Positions 30,967 to 40,825 of a stretch of 64,000 bases of DNA are shown in pieces (position 1 is the first letter of the stretch; each line of letters opens with the position of its first letter). The stretch lies in the NCBI GenBank assembly GCA_012841525.1, contig DUUO01000005.1:64104-128103 (forward strand), read 5' to 3'. Under the pieces are notes generated by a model. That model had not been told where the DNA came from, ran no database searches, and was given only the letters and a program-made list of their open reading frames with translations. The translations under genes were made by a program, and so were the position numbers. This DNA is from Clostridiales bacterium. GTDB taxonomy: Bacteria; Bacillota; Clostridia; Christensenellales; DTU072.

Positions 30967-31971
30967 TTAATATACATCAAAAACTTTATCACCTAGCGTA
31001 AAATATGTTTCATCTTTATAAATAAGAAGGGCACTATAATCTTTAAATTTTTTATTTTTTAATGCTTTTTCTATGTTTTCTTTACTTTCAATCATAAAAA
31101 CTGTTGAAAGTGCATCACAAATTTCTGCACTAGGGCCTACAACTGTTGCTGAAATCACAGGGTTATTATTATAAAAACCAGTAGGATAACCATTTGAAGG
31201 GTCTATAATATGATGATACCTTTTACCTTCAAAATAATAATATCTATTATAATCACCACTTGTTGCAATTGCTTCATCTTCAACATTTACTTTTGCAAAT
31301 GTTTTATTGCTGTTTCTTGGATGCAATACTTCGACATCAATCGATTTTTTGCTTTTGATTGTTCCACCGATATTTACAACTTTATTTTTACTTTCAATGA
31401 TATTAAATATTTCATCTACAGCATAACCTTTTGCTATTGCACCAAAATCTAACTTTGCTTCGCTTACAGACTTAACTATATAATCTTGATTTAAGTTAAA
31501 ATACTCAAGTGAGCAAATGGGTAATAATTTATCAATGTCTTCTTTACTTGGAATATCCTCTTCATTTGGTAAATAGTCCTTTACAAACTCATAATTAAAT
31601 TTCCATTTTTCAACTAAAGGATAAACACTTGGATTAAAACTCTTAAAATCTTCATTAATTTCTTTGCTGACATTAAATAAATGTTTAAAATCGTTTCCTA
31701 TATTAATTTTAGTGCCTTTGCTTGCTTGATTTATTTTATTAAGCTCAGAATTAGAATAAAAATCATTGGCAGACAATGTGCTTTCTAGATCATTAAGTCT
31801 TTGTTCAATAAGGGATCTTTCTGATTGATTAATTCCTTCAACATTAAAACCTGTGTTGAAAACAACACCTTCTAGTTGTTTATTAGAACATCCAGATAAT
31901 CCTAATAAAACAACAATAATAAACATTGGCAAAACTAAAATGCTTATTATTTTAAAAAATTGATTTTTCAT
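30967..31971 (-). CDS. apbE: FAD:protein FMN transferase ApbE, lipoprotein
   Basis: Lipobox LLGLSGC after a signal peptide. GAIAKGYAVDE and TSGDYNRYY...GKRYHHIIDPSNGYP motifs. Confidence 0.88.
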   Translation of the reverse strand: MKNQFFKIISILVLPMFIIVVLLGLSGCSNKQLEGVVFNTGFNVEGINQSERSLIEQRLNDLESTLSANDFYSNSELNKINQASKGTKINIGNDFKHLFNVSKEINEDFKSFNPSVYPLVEKWKFNYEFVKDYLPNEEDIPSKEDIDKLLPICSLEYFNLNQDYIVKSVSEAKLDFGAIAKGYAVDEIFNIIESKNKVVNIGGTIKSKKSIDVEVLHPRNSNKTFAKVNVEDEAIATSGDYNRYYYFEGKRYHHIIDPSNGYPTGFYNNNPVISATVVGPSAEICDALSTVFMIESKENIEKALKNKKFKDYSALLIYKDETYFTLGDKVFDVY

Positions 31972-31993
31972 ATTACAAATTAAATGTTTCTAA

Positions 31994-32878
31994 TTATTTT
32001 AAAACAGGGCGAGAATTAACACTAGGGTAACAAAAACCAATAGTATTGGGACCACAGTGCGTTCCAATTACAGGGCCTACATCATATTGCCATATTTCAA
32101 TTTCAGGTCTTGCTGTTTTAATTTGCTGTTCAAGTCTTTTTGCTTCATCAAGGCAGTCTCCGTTCATAATTACCAATGGTAAACCAATAGATGCATCAAA
32201 AGTTTCTATAATTTCTTTAACCATTACACTAAAAGCTTTATTCCTACCAGTTACCTTTGCAGCAGGCTTTAATTTGCCTTCACTAGATAATTTTATTATT
32301 GGTTTAATCTGTAATATTCCACCAAAAAATGCTTCTGCAGATGATAGGCGACCACCTCGTTTAAGATGTTTCAAATCATCAACAACAAAGACTGCATTTA
32401 TTTTGTCTTTAATTTTATCAAGTTCATCACAAACTTCCTTTACATTTAATCCACTTTTAAGTAATTTTGCTGCTTGAATTACTATTAAACCAGCCGCCAT
32501 ACTAATAGCTTCAGTATCATACCTTGTAAATTTAAAATCGGGATATTTTTCTCTTATTTCTCTAATTGCAATATCTAAATTTCTAAAAGTTCCAGAAAAT
32601 GCAGTCCCGAAACTAACATAAAAAACTTCCACACCTTTTTCAGCATATGGCATAAAATAATTAATATATTCTTCTGGATTTAATGCAGCTGTAGAAGATA
32701 AAATTCCAGATCTCAATTTATTAAAAAAGTCTTTTGCGTTAAAATTTTCTCCCAAATCAGCAAGATATTCAATACCATCAACAGAATATGGCATACGAAT
32801 AACATCATTTTCAATCTCTAGCTCTTTTGCAATATCAAATCTAAGTTCACTATCAGTGTCATAAAAAAACTTTATCAT
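31994..32878 (-). CDS. DegV-family fatty-acid-binding protein
   Basis: N-terminal DTDSEL, central and C-terminal pattern ...LKRGGRLS...GPVIGTHCGPNTIGF, about 290 aa. Confidence 0.85.
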   Translation of the reverse strand: MIKFFYDTDSELRFDIAKELEIENDVIRMPYSVDGIEYLADLGENFNAKDFFNKLRSGILSSTAALNPEEYINYFMPYAEKGVEVFYVSFGTAFSGTFRNLDIAIREIREKYPDFKFTRYDTEAISMAAGLIVIQAAKLLKSGLNVKEVCDELDKIKDKINAVFVVDDLKHLKRGGRLSSAEAFFGGILQIKPIIKLSSEGKLKPAAKVTGRNKAFSVMVKEIIETFDASIGLPLVIMNGDCLDEAKRLEQQIKTARPEIEIWQYDVGPVIGTHCGPNTIGFCYPSVNSRPVLK

Positions 32879-33260
32879 AAAAACCTCTTATTTTATTAAT
32901 TTCTTTTAAAGCAAGTTTATCAAATATAGCAATTTTTGTAAACTTAACATTGAAGTTACAACTATTAATAAATTAAAATTGTTTAATATTATATGGTTTA
33001 TATTTCCGGAAAGTACATTGTAAGCATTAATTGGTTAAAATAACATCGTTCATCGTTGTATTTTTGTTTCAGAGAATAATTAAAATAATAATTATAAAAA
33101 TCAACTACCCTCTAATATTTTCAAAATTCATTGAATTATTTTGCCTCCTTAATTAAAAATTATTTTTAAATTTCATATTTCAAAATTCATATATTTGCTT
33201 GAAAGAATCGAACATAACATATATAATTTTATAAAAGAAATGCATTTTTAAGAGGTTTAT

Positions 33261-34091
33261 GTGAGCAAAGCAGATTTAATTTTTATAGATAATATCAAAT
33301 CAATTATTAATGATGGTTTTTCTGATGAAAATTTGAATGTTAGACCAAGATGGGCAGATGGAACACCAGCCCATACTAAAAAGAAGTTTTGTATCGTAAA
33401 TAGATATAATCTGAAAGAAGAGTTTCCAATTTTAACCATACGTAAAACATTTTTTAAGAATTGTATTGATGAAATATTATGGATTTGGCAAAAAAAATCT
33501 AATAATATCAATGATTTAAATTCCAAAATTTGGAATGCATGGGCTGATGAAAATGGTTCAATAGGAAAAGCATATGGATATCAACTATCTGTAAAGCATA
33601 AATACAAAGAAGGCGAGTTTGATCAAGTTGATAGAATTTTGTTTGACTTAAAAAACAATCCACAATCTAGAAGAATAATGTCAAATATTTATGTTCATAG
33701 TGATTTGCATGAAATGTCCTTATATCCGTGTGCATATTCTTTAACATTAAACACCTCTGGAAACACTTTAAATGCAATATTGAATCAAAGAAGTCAAGAT
33801 ATGTTGACTGCAAACAATTGGAATGTAGTTCAATATGCTGTTTTAGTTCATATGTTTGCTCAAGTTAACAATATGGAAGTTGGTGAATTTGTTCATGTTA
33901 TTGCTGATGCGCACATTTATGACAGACATATTCCAATCGTAGAAGAAATAATTAAAAATCCGCAATATCCAGCACCTAAATTTGAAATAAACAAAGAAAT
34001 AAAAAATTTTTACGATTTTAAAGTTGAAGATTTTAAATTAATTGACTATAAGTTCACACCTCTTGATAAGAAAATTGAGGTTGCAATATAA
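33261..34091 (+). CDS. thyA: Thymidylate synthase ThyA (GTG start)
   Basis: IDEILWIWQKKSN, RRIM(S)N, PCAYSLTLN (catalytic Cys), QRSQDMLTANNWNV, DAHIYDRH. The GTG start is preceded by AGAGG. Confidence 0.9.
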   Translation: MSKADLIFIDNIKSIINDGFSDENLNVRPRWADGTPAHTKKKFCIVNRYNLKEEFPILTIRKTFFKNCIDEILWIWQKKSNNINDLNSKIWNAWADENGSIGKAYGYQLSVKHKYKEGEFDQVDRILFDLKNNPQSRRIMSNIYVHSDLHEMSLYPCAYSLTLNTSGNTLNAILNQRSQDMLTANNWNVVQYAVLVHMFAQVNNMEVGEFVHVIADAHIYDRHIPIVEEIIKNPQYPAPKFEINKEIKNFYDFKVEDFKLIDYKFTPLDKKIEVAI

Positions 34092-34147
34092 GATAATGTT
34101 TAACCGTTAACTGGTTAAATTTCAAAACATTATACACGAGTGGTTTT

Positions 34148-34663
34148 ATGAATATAATTGTATGTGTCGATAATAAATGGGGTATAGGAAAAAACAATGG
34201 TTTGCTTTTTCATTTACCTAAAGATTTACAATATTTTAAAGAAAAAACAAAAAACAAAATAGTAGTAATGGGCGGCAATACTCTTCTTTCGCTCCCTGGA
34301 AGTAAACCATTGCCAAATAGGACAAATATTGTATTAAGTGATGAATTTAAAAGAGATGATTGCAAAGTTGTTGAAACACTTGAAGAGTTAAAAATTGAAC
34401 TTAAAAAATATAACGATGATGATATATTTATTATTGGTGGAGCAATGTTTTATGCAACTATGCTTAATTATTGTGATAAGGCTTATGTGACAAAAGTAGA
34501 TTCAGTTTGTGAAGATGCAACAGTGTTTTTTCCAAATTTAGATGATAAATCTAATTGGGAATTAGAATCTGTTTCAAAACCACAAGAAGATAGTGGCTAC
34601 ATTATAAGATATTGTGTTTATAGAAACAAAAACAAACAATCTTTTTTTAAAATTTTTGATTAG
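34148..34663 (+). CDS. folA: Dihydrofolate reductase
   Basis: NIIVCVDNKWGIGKNNGLLFHLPKDLQYFKEKT, VVMGGNT, IFIIGGAMFY. Classic thyA-folA pairing. Confidence 0.88.
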   Translation: MNIIVCVDNKWGIGKNNGLLFHLPKDLQYFKEKTKNKIVVMGGNTLLSLPGSKPLPNRTNIVLSDEFKRDDCKVVETLEELKIELKKYNDDDIFIIGGAMFYATMLNYCDKAYVTKVDSVCEDATVFFPNLDDKSNWELESVSKPQEDSGYIIRYCVYRNKNKQSFFKIFD

Positions 34664-34729
34664 ATAAATTCAAGCAATATCAGAAATATTTAATTTTTAA
34701 TATATACTTTGATAAATGAGGAGATAGAA

Positions 34730-35929
34730 ATGAGTAAAATTAAAATGAATACACCTTTAGTAGAAATTGATGGCGATGAGATGACCAGAGTTTTATGGTC
34801 AAAGATAAAAGAAATTCTCATTGAACCTTATGTTGATTTAAAAACTGAATATTATGATTTAGGTTTAGAAAATCGTGAAACAACCAAAGATCAAGTAACA
34901 ATTGATGCAGCAAATGCTATAAAAAAATATGGTGTCGGTGTTAAATGTGCAACAATAACACCAAATGCACAAAGAGTTATTGAATACAATTTATCTCAAA
35001 TGTGGAAATCCCCAAATGGAACCATTAGGGCAATTCTCGATGGAACTGTTTTTCGTGCACCAATTTTAATTGATGGAATTTCACCTTTAATTAATAATTG
35101 GAAAAAACCAATAATTATTGCAAGACACGCACATGGAGATGTTTATTCAGCAGTAGAAATGAAAGTTAATGAAAATGAAAAAATATTTTTAGATTCTGAT
35201 ACAGATAAACGATTATTGGTAAAAGACTTTAAATCTAAAGGAATAGTTCAAGCAATGTTTAATACAGATGAAAGCATCAAAAGTTTTGCACACAGTTGTT
35301 TCAAATATGCTTTAGAGCAAAAAATGGACTTATGGTTTAGCACCAAAGATACAATTAGTAAAATTTATGATCATAGATTTAAGGATATTTTTTCAGAAAT
35401 TTATGAAAATTATTATAAAGATGATTTTGAAAGTAACAATATTGAATATTTTTACACATTGATTGATGACGCAGTAGCACGCGTTATCAGGTCTAGTGGT
35501 GGATTTATTTGGGCATGTAAAAACTATGATGGTGATGTAATGAGCGATATGCTCGCTACAGTTTTTGGGTCGCTTGCTATGATGACTTCTGTTTTAGTTT
35601 CACCAAATGGTCAATATGAATTTGAAGCAGCACATGGAACAGTAACTAGACACTATTATAAACACATTAATGGAGAAAATACTTCAACAAATTCAGTCGC
35701 TACTATATTTGCTTGGACAGGAGCTTTAGCAAAACGGGGTGAAATGGATGATATACCTGCACTTGTTAATTTTGCTAAAAAATTAGAAAATGCTACTAAA
35801 AAAACTATAGAAAAAGGAATTATGACAGGTGATCTTGTTGGATTATTTTCAAAAGAAAAAGTTATACCTAAAAAAGTTTCAAGCTTTGAGTTTTTAGAAG
35901 AAGTTAAAAAGACTCTAGAAAATATATAA
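34730..35929 (+). CDS. icd: NADP-dependent isocitrate dehydrogenase, eukaryote-like subfamily II
   Basis: VEIDGDEMTRVLW, KCATITPNAQRVIEYNLSQMWKSPNGTIRAILDGTVFR, ACKNYDGDVMSD. ATG 34730 follows GAGGAG. The track TTG at 34709 is less likely. Confidence 0.9.
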   Translation: MSKIKMNTPLVEIDGDEMTRVLWSKIKEILIEPYVDLKTEYYDLGLENRETTKDQVTIDAANAIKKYGVGVKCATITPNAQRVIEYNLSQMWKSPNGTIRAILDGTVFRAPILIDGISPLINNWKKPIIIARHAHGDVYSAVEMKVNENEKIFLDSDTDKRLLVKDFKSKGIVQAMFNTDESIKSFAHSCFKYALEQKMDLWFSTKDTISKIYDHRFKDIFSEIYENYYKDDFESNNIEYFYTLIDDAVARVIRSSGGFIWACKNYDGDVMSDMLATVFGSLAMMTSVLVSPNGQYEFEAAHGTVTRHYYKHINGENTSTNSVATIFAWTGALAKRGEMDDIPALVNFAKKLENATKKTIEKGIMTGDLVGLFSKEKVIPKKVSSFEFLEEVKKTLENI

Positions 35930-36024
35930 TTATAGATAAATAAACTTATAAATCCTTAAAAAGATTTTTATGGTAATAGTGTAACAAAATCTTTTACTCA
36001 ACTATATCGTAAAAGTGGGTTAAA

Positions 36025-36645
36025 ATGTATAAAGTAAAAACATTTCAAGTTGGATTAATGCTAAATAATGCATATTTAATATACGATGAAACTACTGGTG
36101 AGAGCATCGTTATTGATCCAACGCTAGCATATAATGAAATATCTGCATTTTGTAAAGATAATAATTTATTAGTATCAAAAGTTTTATTAACACATGGCCA
36201 TTATGATCATATATATGATACGTTTTTATTTCAACAAGAAAACGCTAAAGTATATGCACATGAACATGCTCTATTTAATATAAATTCAGAACTAACAAAA
36301 CATATATTACAAAGAAGAGGTAAAAAAATCCCTAATATTGATGTTTTTATAAAAGATGGTGATATAATTTCATTACAAAATGACAAAATTAAAGTTATAC
36401 ATACTCCAGGTCATACTGAATGTTGTTGTTGTTTTTTATTTCAAAATTATATATTTTCTGGAGATACTCTATTTCATAGGACATATGGACGATATGATTT
36501 TGAAGATTCATCTTTTGAAAAATTAAAAAATTCATTAAAAAGAATTCTATCTATCAAAGAAAATTTAATTGTTTATCCAGGACATGAAAGTCCTTCAACA
36601 CTTGATGAAGAAAGAAAATTTAATCCTATTTTATTAGATTTATAA
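36025..36645 (+). CDS. MBL-fold metallo-hydrolase (glyoxalase II-like)
   Basis: THGHYDH metal motif, HTPGHT, about 206 aa. Confidence 0.8.
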   Translation: MYKVKTFQVGLMLNNAYLIYDETTGESIVIDPTLAYNEISAFCKDNNLLVSKVLLTHGHYDHIYDTFLFQQENAKVYAHEHALFNINSELTKHILQRRGKKIPNIDVFIKDGDIISLQNDKIKVIHTPGHTECCCCFLFQNYIFSGDTLFHRTYGRYDFEDSSFEKLKNSLKRILSIKENLIVYPGHESPSTLDEERKFNPILLDL

Positions 36646-36646
36646 T

Positions 36647-38026
36647 ATGAAATCTTTGCAGTTATCATTAAAATGTATATTATTGCCTTTTTTGAATGAT
36701 GTTTTAGAGATATTTAAAGCGTATAAGCCATACATTGAAATAGTTGAAGATGCAAGTGACATTTTTTTTATTGAAACATATGAAAATAGTTCAAGTTATG
36801 GTTATAAATTAATTTTTAAAACTTACAATGATATTTTTAATTTGAAAAAGAGTACAGATATTTTAGATGATAAAAGAAAATTCAAAAAAAAATTAAAAAC
36901 AACAATTTACAATATTTTAAAAAATGAAACAAAAATAGAGTTACCTTATGGCTCTTTAACTGGTGTTAGACCAACTATTGTTGCAAAAAGAGCGAGCGAT
37001 TTAAACAACATTAATTTTTATCTAACAACAGAATATGGTGTATCGTCACATAGAGCAAAGCTTTTAGAAGAAATAATCATTAATCAAAAAAACATTTACG
37101 AATTAAACCAAAAAAATATTTGCTTATATATTAATATTCCTTTTTGTCCATCAAGATGTTCTTATTGTTCATTTTTATCAAATGAAATTAGTAAAGTCAG
37201 ACAATTTATAGATATATATGTTGATATATTGGAAAAACAAATTGATGAATTTTTAGAAATTTATGTTAAAAACAAATTAATATTGAAAAGCATATATATA
37301 GGTGGGGGAACACCGAGTTGCATTGATTTAAATTTGATAGAAAAAATTATATCGAAGATTTCAGGGTTCAATTGTGAATTTACATTTGAGGCTGGCAGAG
37401 CAGAAACTATTAAAACAGAATTATTAGATTTATTAGAAAAAAACAATGTAAATAGAATTTCTATAAATCCTCAAACTTTCTCAAAAGAAACCCTATTAAA
37501 AATTAATAGAAATACTTCAATCGAACAAATATATGAAGCTTTTAATCTTGCAAAAAAATATAATTTTTCAATAAATTCAGATTTAATTATAGGGCTTAAT
37601 TATGAACGAGAAAATGAGATTTTTAATTCAATTAAAGAGCTTGTAAAAATTAGTCCTGACAATATAACTATACACTCATTAAGTATTAAAAAAGGCTCAA
37701 CCATTGCCAATAAAGGGCAGGAAAAAGCCATAATTGGATTAGGAGATTTTATGATTGATTGTTATAATTACTTAAAACTTAACAACTACTTTCCATATTA
37801 TTTGTATAGACAAAAAAACACTTTAGATAATTTAGAAAATATTGGATTTTCTAAAAAAGGAAAAGAATGTATTTATAATGTTTTAAATATGGAAGATATT
37901 TGCAGCATTTATGCAATAGGAGCGGGGGCAATTAGCAAATTTGTAAACTTAGAAAATAATTCAATTGAAAGAAAATCTTATCCAAAAGATATTAAACAAT
38001 TTCTTAAACTTTTTGACAAAATATGA
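36647..38026 (+). CDS. hemZ: HemN-family radical SAM protein with N-terminal extension (HemZ-like coproporphyrinogen dehydrogenase family)
   Basis: IPFCPSRCSYCSF radical-SAM motif about 165 aa from the N-terminus, followed by a GGGTPS motif. The second HemN paralogue in this window. Confidence 0.65.
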   Translation: MKSLQLSLKCILLPFLNDVLEIFKAYKPYIEIVEDASDIFFIETYENSSSYGYKLIFKTYNDIFNLKKSTDILDDKRKFKKKLKTTIYNILKNETKIELPYGSLTGVRPTIVAKRASDLNNINFYLTTEYGVSSHRAKLLEEIIINQKNIYELNQKNICLYINIPFCPSRCSYCSFLSNEISKVRQFIDIYVDILEKQIDEFLEIYVKNKLILKSIYIGGGTPSCIDLNLIEKIISKISGFNCEFTFEAGRAETIKTELLDLLEKNNVNRISINPQTFSKETLLKINRNTSIEQIYEAFNLAKKYNFSINSDLIIGLNYERENEIFNSIKELVKISPDNITIHSLSIKKGSTIANKGQEKAIIGLGDFMIDCYNYLKLNNYFPYYLYRQKNTLDNLENIGFSKKGKECIYNVLNMEDICSIYAIGAGAISKFVNLENNSIERKSYPKDIKQFLKLFDKI

Positions 38027-38250
38027 AATTAATTATATTTTTTGAAAAGATGTTTTTCCTGCAATTTGTAAATTTTATCAATGACAAATTAATGAACATT
38101 TTATAATTTTGCAAAATTTTCCTTTAAAATTTTATTTACTTATCTAGATATATGTGATATTCTAGTTTAGTAATTACGAACTTCTTGGTTATAAAGTTTT
38201 TTTATTACTAGGGGTTTCGCGAATAATCTCATTTAGAAAAGGAGTACAAT

Positions 38251-38514
38251 ATGAAAAAAGAAGAAAAACAAGAAATTATTAAAAAACATGCACGCTCAGA
38301 AGGTGATACAGGTTCACCAGAAGTTCAAATAGCAATTCTAACAAAAAGAATCAATGAATTAACAGAACATTTAAAAGTTAACAAAAAAGATTTCCATAGC
38401 AGAAGAGGAATGCTTAAGATGGTTGGACGAAGAAGAAATTTACTTAACTATTTAAAGAAGAAAGACATTGAAAGATACAGAGCAATAATTGCAGAATTAA
38501 ATTTAAGAAAATAA
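38251..38514 (+). CDS. rpsO: 30S ribosomal protein S15
   Basis: [25 protein letters not shown]...[32 protein letters not shown]. Confidence 0.96.
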   Translation: MKKEEKQEIIKKHARSEGDTGSPEVQIAILTKRINELTEHLKVNKKDFHSRRGMLKMVGRRRNLLNYLKKKDIERYRAIIAELNLRK

Positions 38515-38517
38515 AAA

Positions 38518-38550
38518 ATGTGGCTTATGCCATATTTTTTTATTTTTTTT
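38518..38550 (+). terminator. Rho-independent terminator or attenuator between rpsO and pnp
   Basis: ATGTGGC / GCCATAT stem (one G-U pair) with a 4-nt loop, then a long T-run (38535-38550). Confidence 0.7.
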
Positions 38551-38575
38551 CATATAAAAGATTTATTTAGGAGGA

Positions 38576-40666
38576 ATGATGAAAGAAAGCAAAATTTTTA
38601 AAACCACAATAGGTGGAAGAGAAGTAACAGCTGAAATAGGAGGTTACTGCTCTCATAGTAATGGACAATGTATTGTACGATGTGGCGATACAGTGGTTAT
38701 GACAAATGTAACAATGTCAAAAGCACCAAGAGATAATGTTGATTATTTCCCACTTGGTGTTGATTATGAAGAAAAAATGTATTCTGTCGGCAAAATCCCT
38801 GGAGGATATAAAAAAAGAGAAGGTAGAGCAAGTGATAAGGCTATTTTAACTTCGAGATTGATTGATAGACCTTTAAGACCATTATTTCCAGATGGTTTGT
38901 ATAATGATGTATCAGTAATATGTACAACATTATCTGTAGACACAGACATACCACCAGAGGTATATGCTATGTTAGGTAGTTCTATAGCACTTTCTGTGTC
39001 TGATATTCCTTTTCAAGGTCCAACAGGTTCTGTTGTCGTTGGACTTGTTGATGGAAAATATATTATTAACCCTAATTCTGAAGAAAGAGAAAAATCAAGA
39101 TTATCCTTGACACTAAGTGGCACAAAAGATGCCGTTATGATGGTTGAAGCGGGTGCTTTAGAAATTTCTGAAAAAGAAATGCTAGATGCAATTTTATTTG
39201 GTCATGAAAAAATAAAAGAAATAGTTGCTTGGATAGAAGATATTCAAAAAGAAGTTGGAAAAGAAAAAATTATGCCACAATTAAAAGTAGTTGACGCTCA
39301 ACTTAGAAATGATGTGGAAGCCTTTGCAAAAGAAAAAATTGATTATGTATTTGATACTTTTTCAAGACAAGAAAGAGAAAAAAGAGAAGAAGAAGTTAAT
39401 GCTGAAATTAAATCTTATTTTGAAGAAAAATATCCAAATTCATCTTCTGACATAAATTTAATTTTAGAAGACATGAAAAAGGATAAAGTCAGAACTATGA
39501 TTACCGAAAAGGGAGTTCGTCCAGATGGAAGAAAAGTTACCGAGGTTAGAGATATTTGGTGTGAAGTAGGCCTTTTACCAAGAGTTCACGGTTCAGCAGT
39601 TTTTACCAGAGGACAAACTCAAGTTCTTACCGCGACAACACTTGGCACTATTTCAGAAGTTCAACGTCTTGAAACTTTAGATGAAGAAGTCTTTAAGAGA
39701 TATATGCATCACTATAACTTTCCTGGATACAGCACTGGTGAAGCAAGGCCAATCAGAAGTCCAGGCAGACGTGAAATTGGACATGGAGCTTTAGCTGAAA
39801 GAGCCTTAGAGCCAGTATTGCCATCTGAAGAATTTTTCCCATATGCAATTAGAACTGTTTCAGAAGTTTTATCTAGCAATGGTTCAACATCTCAAGCAAG
39901 TGTATGTGGATCAACTTTATCACTTATGGATGCTGGTGTTCCAATTAAAGCCCCTGTAGCAGGCGTAGCAATGGGCTTGATAAAAGATGTAAAAAATGAT
40001 GTTATACATATATTAACTGACATTCAAGGTATTGAAGACTTTTATGGGGATATGGACTTTAAGGTTGCTGGGACCAAAGATGGTATTACTGCAATACAAA
40101 TGGACATAAAAATTTCTGGAATAAATGAAGAAGTTTTAACTCGTGCACTTGAGCAAGCAAGAATCGGAAGATTGCATATTTTAGATAAAATGGTTGCAAC
40201 CATTCAAAAACCTCGTAAAAATGTAAGCAAATATGCACCTAAAATCATTAATTTTAGTATAAATCCCGATTATATAAAAGATGTAATTGGTTCTGGCGGT
40301 AAAATAATTAATAAAATTATTGATGAAACAGGTGTAAAAATTGATATTGATGATGATGGCAATGTTTTTATTGCATCTCAAGATTTAGAAATGGCAAACA
40401 AAGCAAGAGAAATGATTGAAAAAATTACTTATGAACCAGAAGTTGGTGATGAAATTATAGGAAATGTTTCTAAAATTTTTGATTTTGGTGCAATGGTTGA
40501 AATTTCTATTATTAAAGAGGGGATGATACACATTAGCAAACTTGTAAAAGGAAAAAGAGTTGAAAAAGTTACTGATGTTTTAAATATTGGAGATAAAGTT
40601 AAAGCAAAAGTTATAAAAATTGATGATAAAGGAAGAATTGATCTTCGTTTAATTGAAAAACTATAA
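38576..40666 (+). CDS. pnp: Polynucleotide phosphorylase
   Basis: Two RNase PH domains (REGRASDKAILTSRLIDRPLRPLFP, GRREIGHGALAERAL), a KH domain (GSGGKIINKI) and a C-terminal S1 domain. Confidence 0.96.
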   Translation: MMKESKIFKTTIGGREVTAEIGGYCSHSNGQCIVRCGDTVVMTNVTMSKAPRDNVDYFPLGVDYEEKMYSVGKIPGGYKKREGRASDKAILTSRLIDRPLRPLFPDGLYNDVSVICTTLSVDTDIPPEVYAMLGSSIALSVSDIPFQGPTGSVVVGLVDGKYIINPNSEEREKSRLSLTLSGTKDAVMMVEAGALEISEKEMLDAILFGHEKIKEIVAWIEDIQKEVGKEKIMPQLKVVDAQLRNDVEAFAKEKIDYVFDTFSRQEREKREEEVNAEIKSYFEEKYPNSSSDINLILEDMKKDKVRTMITEKGVRPDGRKVTEVRDIWCEVGLLPRVHGSAVFTRGQTQVLTATTLGTISEVQRLETLDEEVFKRYMHHYNFPGYSTGEARPIRSPGRREIGHGALAERALEPVLPSEEFFPYAIRTVSEVLSSNGSTSQASVCGSTLSLMDAGVPIKAPVAGVAMGLIKDVKNDVIHILTDIQGIEDFYGDMDFKVAGTKDGITAIQMDIKISGINEEVLTRALEQARIGRLHILDKMVATIQKPRKNVSKYAPKIINFSINPDYIKDVIGSGGKIINKIIDETGVKIDIDDDGNVFIASQDLEMANKAREMIEKITYEPEVGDEIIGNVSKIFDFGAMVEISIIKEGMIHISKLVKGKRVEKVTDVLNIGDKVKAKVIKIDDKGRIDLRLIEKL

Positions 40667-40699
40667 TTGTATTTTAATTTAACTTAAATAAAAAGATTC

Positions 40700-40727
40700 A
40701 AAACCCCTGAAATAGGGGTTTTGTGCA
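40700..40727 (+). terminator. Strong rho-independent terminator after pnp
   Basis: AAAACCCC (40700-40707) / GGGGTTTT (40715-40722) with a 7-nt loop. The GC core is conspicuous in this AT-rich DNA. Confidence 0.8.
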
Positions 40728-40825
40728 TTAAAAGTGTTTATACTCTAAAATTTTATCTATTTAATCTTTATGTTGACTATATATTGCTTAACTTATATTA
40801 TATAATTATAAAGTCAAAGGAAACT

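Noticed and set aside
34095-34131. The hairpin TTTAACC-N7-GGTTAAA with outer AATGT/ACATT arms between thyA and folA, as a terminator or riboswitch.
   Set aside because: The stem is AU-rich and short, no T-run follows, and thyA-folA are normally co-transcribed. It may modulate mRNA stability, but the evidence is too thin to call.
35958-35996. AAAAGATTTT / AAAATCTTTT inverted repeat after icd as a terminator.
   Set aside because: The stem is almost pure A-U with a 17-nt loop and no downstream T-tract. It is likely too unstable to function.
40721-40825. The ORF-track start (TTG 40721) extends the large lipoprotein 35 codons upstream.
   Set aside because: The extension begins inside the pnp terminator hairpin, covers the promoter-like element and encodes a non-signal-like peptide. 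ATG 40826 has an RBS and gives a textbook lipoprotein signal.
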